A DNA stretch of 59,716 nt, counting the filler, from Dugesia japonica (lineage: Eukaryota): NCBI GenBank assembly GCA_001938525.1. It is 4 parts of 4 records of this genome, joined end to end, with 100 filler letters (N's around TTAATTAATTAA, not from the genome) between each part and the next. Parts side by side here need not be neighbours in the genome. Positions count along the whole stretch, not along the records: positions 46,675 to 59,716 come from MQRL01602272.1; 3 more parts are not named here. The stretch is one strand, 5' to 3'. Shown one piece after another: positions 54,281 through 59,716 of this stretch. The notes under the pieces are model-generated. The model was not told where the DNA came from and made no database searches. It saw only the letters and a program-made list of their open reading frames with translations. The position numbers and the translations under genes were made by a program. The first letter of the stretch is position 1; each line of letters starts with the position of its first letter.

Positions 54281-54949
54281 TAGAATTTTAAAATTACTAA
54301 AAATAGTAATTTCTTTTATAATTTGTTTTACGAAACTAAATAATTTAAAATTTATATTTGCAGTTGATTGATATAAATACTACCACGTATTTTCAATCTT
54401 TGCACAATTTTGATGTAAATTTNNNNNNNNNNNNNNNNNNNNNNNNNNNNNNNNNNTGTAAATTTTGATCGACAACGCGAATTTAAATTCTAGAAAGTAC
54501 TGATTGGAAATTATTACTGAAATTATTTCTGCAAGTATTGATTAGAAATTATTTAAATAAGTAATTTCTTTATTCTTTTTTTGATAAAAATTATAGAATC
54601 CAGTTAAGATTAATTTTATTCTGTTAAAGACTAGTTTTTATTTATTTGACAAATTATTTTGAAGTCTGTTAATGACTTGTTGTTGAAATTTTGAAAGTCC
54701 GACATAGACTAGTTTTGATTAATTTATTTTATAATATATTATTATTATATTTTTGATTTTGTTAAAAAACCTCTTAACTACTATTTTCGCATAATTGTGT
54801 CCATTGATAGAAATTTTTATTTTGAGAAAACATTTCGGGTCAGCAACGTAAACTAGAAAGTAATTATTATATTATTTAAAATAAATCTAAATTTTTTGTG
54901 TATATCTTACATAAAATCCAAGTATCCAAATAACTATTCCGGATCGGGC

Positions 54950-56780
54950 TCCTAGAACAAATGACGTTAACAATTATGCGGGAAACGATAGAATATTTTG
55001 AAACTGATTATGTTAAAAATTATGTAAGAAAGATAGAACAATCTGGAACAAATGACGTTTAAAATTAAGCGGGAAACGATAAAATATTCTTATAAGGGAA
55101 ACTTAAAATTTTTTAAAAAGGGAAATTTTGATTTGTTTGAATATTGAAGTTTTGAAAAGGTTTTCGGCGAAAATTTGGATTTGGAGAATATTGGATTAGA
55201 AAGTAAATTTTGTATATTTTTATAACATTTTACTATTTTACTGTAATTGATTTGTAATTTAATTAAGTTGTAATTGATTTGTAAATAATAAATATATTTT
55301 ATTCTAAAGATCTTTAATTATTTTCAGCTATTTTTGTTGTAATGAATACAAAAGAAGAAGAAAATATTATTAATGACATGAGTATTCTTCACAATTCTGG
55401 AACTGATTACGATAAAAATTATGTGAGAAAGATAGAACATTCTGGAACAAATGACGTTTAAAATTATGCGGAAAACGAAAAAAAGAAAGATGATAATGGC
55501 GCATATATAGATGAGGATGAACTCCTTTATGTAGAGTGGTCGGAAGTTCAATCAATGCTAAGAGGAGAAAGAGCAAAGTGCGAATATGCGCGGAGATTTA
55601 GAAATATCACAGCTACAAGTGATAATCAAGGAAACCAACTATCTTCTCTCCAACTATCAAAGGAGATGCGACTAGAGTGTTGTTTGGAAGAGGCCTCGAT
55701 GTTGCCGGATTCCACTAATAGCTCTACACAGAAAATCACAAACGTACGGATTTTAGTGGGATCAGTCGACGAGGAAATGGAAGCCGAAAAGTTGCAGATA
55801 ATTCAGCAATTGATGGGTCTGAGAGTAATGGCCTCTGTGGAATTGGTCGAATGAAAATAAATGTATATAGTATTGAGATGCTGTTGCTTCCTATTGCTTG
55901 TCCATAGTAATGTGATATGTATGTCACAGTGTTGATTTATTTTAATTTTTTTATTAGTTTAAGAGCTGCAGAGGTGGCGAGTGATTTGATGACATTATTG
56001 TTTTAGTGTAACTAAATGAGAGTTTTGTATTTTTTATGCCTAAAAAATGACGAAGTGAGAGATTAGCATTTCAATAACTGAGTGATAATAACCTTACTGA
56101 TAATATGTCATAATTATGTGTTCATGCTTTCATCATTGTAAAACTATTTTAGTGAACAAATCGAACGAGGAAATGGAAACTAGAAAAGAGTTATGGACTG
56201 CACAGAAGCGATGGAAGGATGAGCGAAAGGAACTGAGGAACGAAATCTTGAGGCTGAAGGGACAAGTTATGAAGGCAACGGGAAAATTTAACAAACTTAA
56301 AGAAAAAGAGTTGTCTCTACAGCATGCAAATCGGCTCATGGCGGAAGTCATCAAAACATATTCAGGCCGTGAGAGCTCGATGTTCACCACATTAAGAACA
56401 CTGTGGCTGAATTATTCACATTTGTCCAATGATCTGATTAGTGCCAACAATACAGTGGACTTAGACGCAGATTAGCCAACTAAAAGAAGCGTAAATAATT
56501 AAATAAATGGTAAGCGAGTCGTTAGAGTATTTTTACATTATTAATTTTTGTAAAGTTATGGTGTCAAATTTTAACTGAGCATGTGAGAGATATTGCTGTC
56601 AGGGTTCAGAAATCTAATGAGTAAGACGCGATACTACAAAGTCGCGCTGAACCAGTAGAAAGAGGGGCATGTCACAGAGGTGAAACAAATGCTTGTGGTT
56701 TTTAGGTATGCCCTAGACGTTATGATGAAAGTATAAAAAATGAAAGTGTGAACAGAGAATTTAGAGAAAGAGTTTAAACA
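54950..56780 (+). repeat. Unclassified repeat or element with ~90-bp repeated units and short ORFs (55555-55854, 56116-56475)
   Basis: The unit gaacaaatgacgtt..aattatgcgg.aaacga occurs at ~54955, ~55046 and ~55445. The coiled-coil ORF resembles the one at 16800-17116. Confidence 0.5.
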
Positions 56781-57514
56781 TCAAAATCCTAAAAACCCAA
56801 CACAAGTAAAAAACTTATTAGTAAAATCGAGAAAAATCTTACATGAATCAATATTCTGACATTCAGTAAGAGAATGGAACTGGCATTTATCGTCGCAATT
56901 TATGGCTTTCGATCCTTTTCTATAGTGATTTCCACAAAGATGATTCTTGTGTTCGTTCGACCATTGTATTGTAGCATTTTGCTTTTAAGTAGAATTTTAG
57001 ATGAAATTTGGAAAAAATTTACAAATTTCATTCCCGACTGTATCCTTTTTACCAGCAAACCGGCTTCTTAGGGTAGTCGAGGATGTATCCAAAGCATCAG
57101 TCTCAATCATTGACTCAGCTTTATCAAATTGAGAAGAACCGTTTGTACACATTTGAATTATTAGAGGTAGGAATTGAATGACCACTGATGAATTGTAAAA
57201 GAACTGCTATTACCTCTGGACCATATAGTAATTGAAAAATTTACAAATACCATTATCAATAGGGATAAAAATCGACAAACTTTATTATTGACAAAATAAA
57301 TCTAAAAACAAGTACTTATTATGGGTTGCAGTATAATAGTAGCCAACAATAAACCATTGATTTTTGAAAAAATTAAAAGTGACTCAAATTGTAACATCAA
57401 GGTACCTATTAGATAGGGAATTTTACGTTAAGTAAGAAAAACATGGCTAGAAATTGCCAAACCTTATTGATAAAAATCTGTATAGATAAGAAAAAATTGA
57501 AAAAATAAATAGTC

Positions 57515-57570
57515 ACTCATAGGAATCGAACCCAAGTCTCAAAGTTCTTATCACTGGGCCTTCAATCAAT
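57515..57570 (-). other. tRNA-derived (SINE-like or pseudogene) remnant
   Basis: The minus strand contains a B-box GGTTCGATTCC preceded by aaggcc. No cloverleaf can be built. Confidence 0.3.
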
Positions 57571-58194
57571 AATTTTGAAAGATCATAATTAATACGGAAA
57601 AAATAATCAAACTATATCCTTGATCTCATGAAGAACAAGAACTTCAATAGTGGTTAGTAATTTTTAATTTTTTTAACATGAATTATTTAAATATTTTTAT
57701 TTTAGAAAAGAAAAAACAATATATATATGCATAAAAACAAATGAAAATGATTAATCGGTTCTCTTTAGAACCAATTATGATAATTTTGTATAAAGAATAA
57801 AAGATTTTATTATAATTATTATTTTCCATTAATATGTNNNNNNNNNNNNNNNNNNNNNNNNNNNNNNNNNNNNNNNNNNNNNNNNNNNNNNNNNNNNNNN
57901 NTTTATGTTTTATTACCATGAATTTAGATTTAGTAATATAACAAATAATATAACAAAAAATTATTCTCTAGGTGAACTTCAATTAAGTCCAACAAATAAT
58001 CAAAGTAATATTATACTTTTTTTAATATGATTAAAATAATTTTAAAAAATTTTTTTTCCGAATAATGATTATTTAATAAAATTACATAAAATAACAACAA
58101 ATAACATGAAGAATATTTTCATAACCATCAAACTTGATGTATCCTCGAGCTTTTCTCTTGACAGATCGGATCTAAACTAAAATTATTAATTTTT

Positions 58195-59560
58195 AAATAA
58201 AAAAAATCTATAATTACAATTATTGTGAGAATAGTTGTTGGACTTAACCATTGATCGCATTTGAGATATCATTAATATAAGAAAAAGCTTCGATCAAAAT
58301 AAAATAGTCTTCTTCTTCTTGTTCCTGAAGAAGACTATTGTCAAAAATTTGAACCTTTTTACAANNNNNNNNNNNNNNNNNNNNNNNNNNNNNNNNNNNN
58401 NNNNNAAAAAAAATCTACATTATTTTTATTTCTTTCTATCTTACATTGATACTGTTTTCTCAACGGAATAGACAGAGCTTGCATTTTGATGTTTGCTTCT
58501 ATGATATCAAGTATTTCTAGACTTTGATATCTACAGTCTAAATTCAATCTGTATTTTTATTATTTTCTTCACTTCTTTATAAAGTTCGATTGCTACTGTT
58601 GGTGGGCTTAGTTTAACGAACTATACGAGATTTTTCTTTTAAAATCTCATATTTTCTAGTTTTTTAGGATTGTAACTGAGCTTATCTTTACAATTATTTT
58701 TTCTCGTGGTGAATAAACTGTCAAGAAATTGAATTTCTACCAATGCTTGTAGCATATCTTGTAATTTCTTCTCCAACTTGTACCGGTACAATAACATCTC
58801 ATTGTTTGAAATCTCGGTCAACGGTGGCATAAATAGATCCAGATTATAATGCATCTTTAATATTTATGATTTATTTATTAATCATCTGGATAGATTGTCT
58901 GAATAATTCTGTGTTTAATTTTGGTTCAAAATTGCTTCAATTTTGTATTTGTAATTTTCCATGTAATCTTCATTGTTTATGTTGCATATCTCAATTTCTT
59001 TCATCATTTCAAATTGTCGGAACGAAGTTTTCTTCAAGTCTGTCTTTTTTAAACAAATTAATGAAAACTATGTTGCCCGCCTTCTATCTAAAATCACTGG
59101 TAAAAGTAGTATATTTATATTTATCATACCATTATTTATATTGAGGATAAATAGCATAAAGAATCTTGTAAAAAGATTAAGGCATGATATGTGATACACC
59201 GTTAATTATTTTATTTTTATATATGCACCAGAACAATATCTTCGTCAGTAGGGGGAAGCTAGCGCACCAGAAAAGCTGACTGGCATACCTCCTCCGCGGT
59301 CAGCCACTTTTTGCTGACTGGCTGTGCTACTCATTTTGACAGTTTTTATGATTTTTCCCTTGTTGAGTACTTTTTTCACTTAAATTTCATCATTTTTGAA
59401 TGATTGAGTACACTTTTTGAGTGGTTTTTAAAGATTTTTGACTGCTTATTTTGACTGTCGTCGACTTTTGAGTGCCGTTTTACTATTTTGGACTGCTGTC
59501 CGTTGTGCCATGTTCACACTAACTGGCACAGCAAAGCTGTGTTCAATTTTAAAGATGATC
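58195..59560. mobile_element. Penelope-like pseudo-LTR pieces (58195-58363) next to a decayed minus-strand ORF
   Basis: The pLTR sequence is shared with 12870-13013 and 31418-31539, and carries a hammerhead-like core at 58321-58354. The adjacent ORF fragments (LSYNPKKL) are assigned only by context. Confidence 0.5.
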
Positions 59561-59716
59561 ATTACTATCTTGCTTACAAACCTTATAGTATACCATTAAA
59601 ACCCTTGAAACCATTTTAAATTTAACGTAACTTAGTCAATAGGGATATTGTTCAAACTGTAATAAGTTGGTCATTTCTTACATGCTAAATTAGTTCTATG
59701 GTGAACCATTAAAAAC

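Noticed and set aside
54950-55480. CRISPR-like repeat array
   Set aside because: Eukaryotic context, and the units are long and degenerate with no unique spacers.

Overview
AT-rich animal genomic DNA with spliceosomal GT-AG introns and (AAT)n microsatellites. Composition and gene content suggest a flatworm or planarian (inference). The window is not contiguous: three identical 100-bp spacers (N44-TTAATTAATTAA-N44 at 11232-11331, 23198-23297, 46575-46674) join four separate contigs. Contig 1 (1-11231) holds two decayed, convergent Polinton/adintovirus-type protein-primed DNA polymerase B genes with a decayed Ty3/Gypsy element between them. Contig 2 holds five exons of a Slo2/KCNT potassium channel, Penelope and hAT remnants, and a 2.25-kb TG...CA element nested in a MITE. 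Contig 3 holds a complete 3-exon Robo receptor gene plus mariner, Gypsy, Penelope and MITE remnants. Contig 4 holds a decayed parvovirus/densovirus-like endogenous viral element, a NeSL/Utopia-like RLE non-LTR retrotransposon, and further repeats. The most novel-looking signals are (i) the viral element, whose capsid gene and putative NS genes point away from each other across a short iteron-containing spacer, as in a circular genome, (ii) a family of minimal hammerhead-ribozyme motifs in Penelope pseudo-LTRs, and (iii) an orphan coiled-coil ORF family shared by two unrelated-looking insertions.
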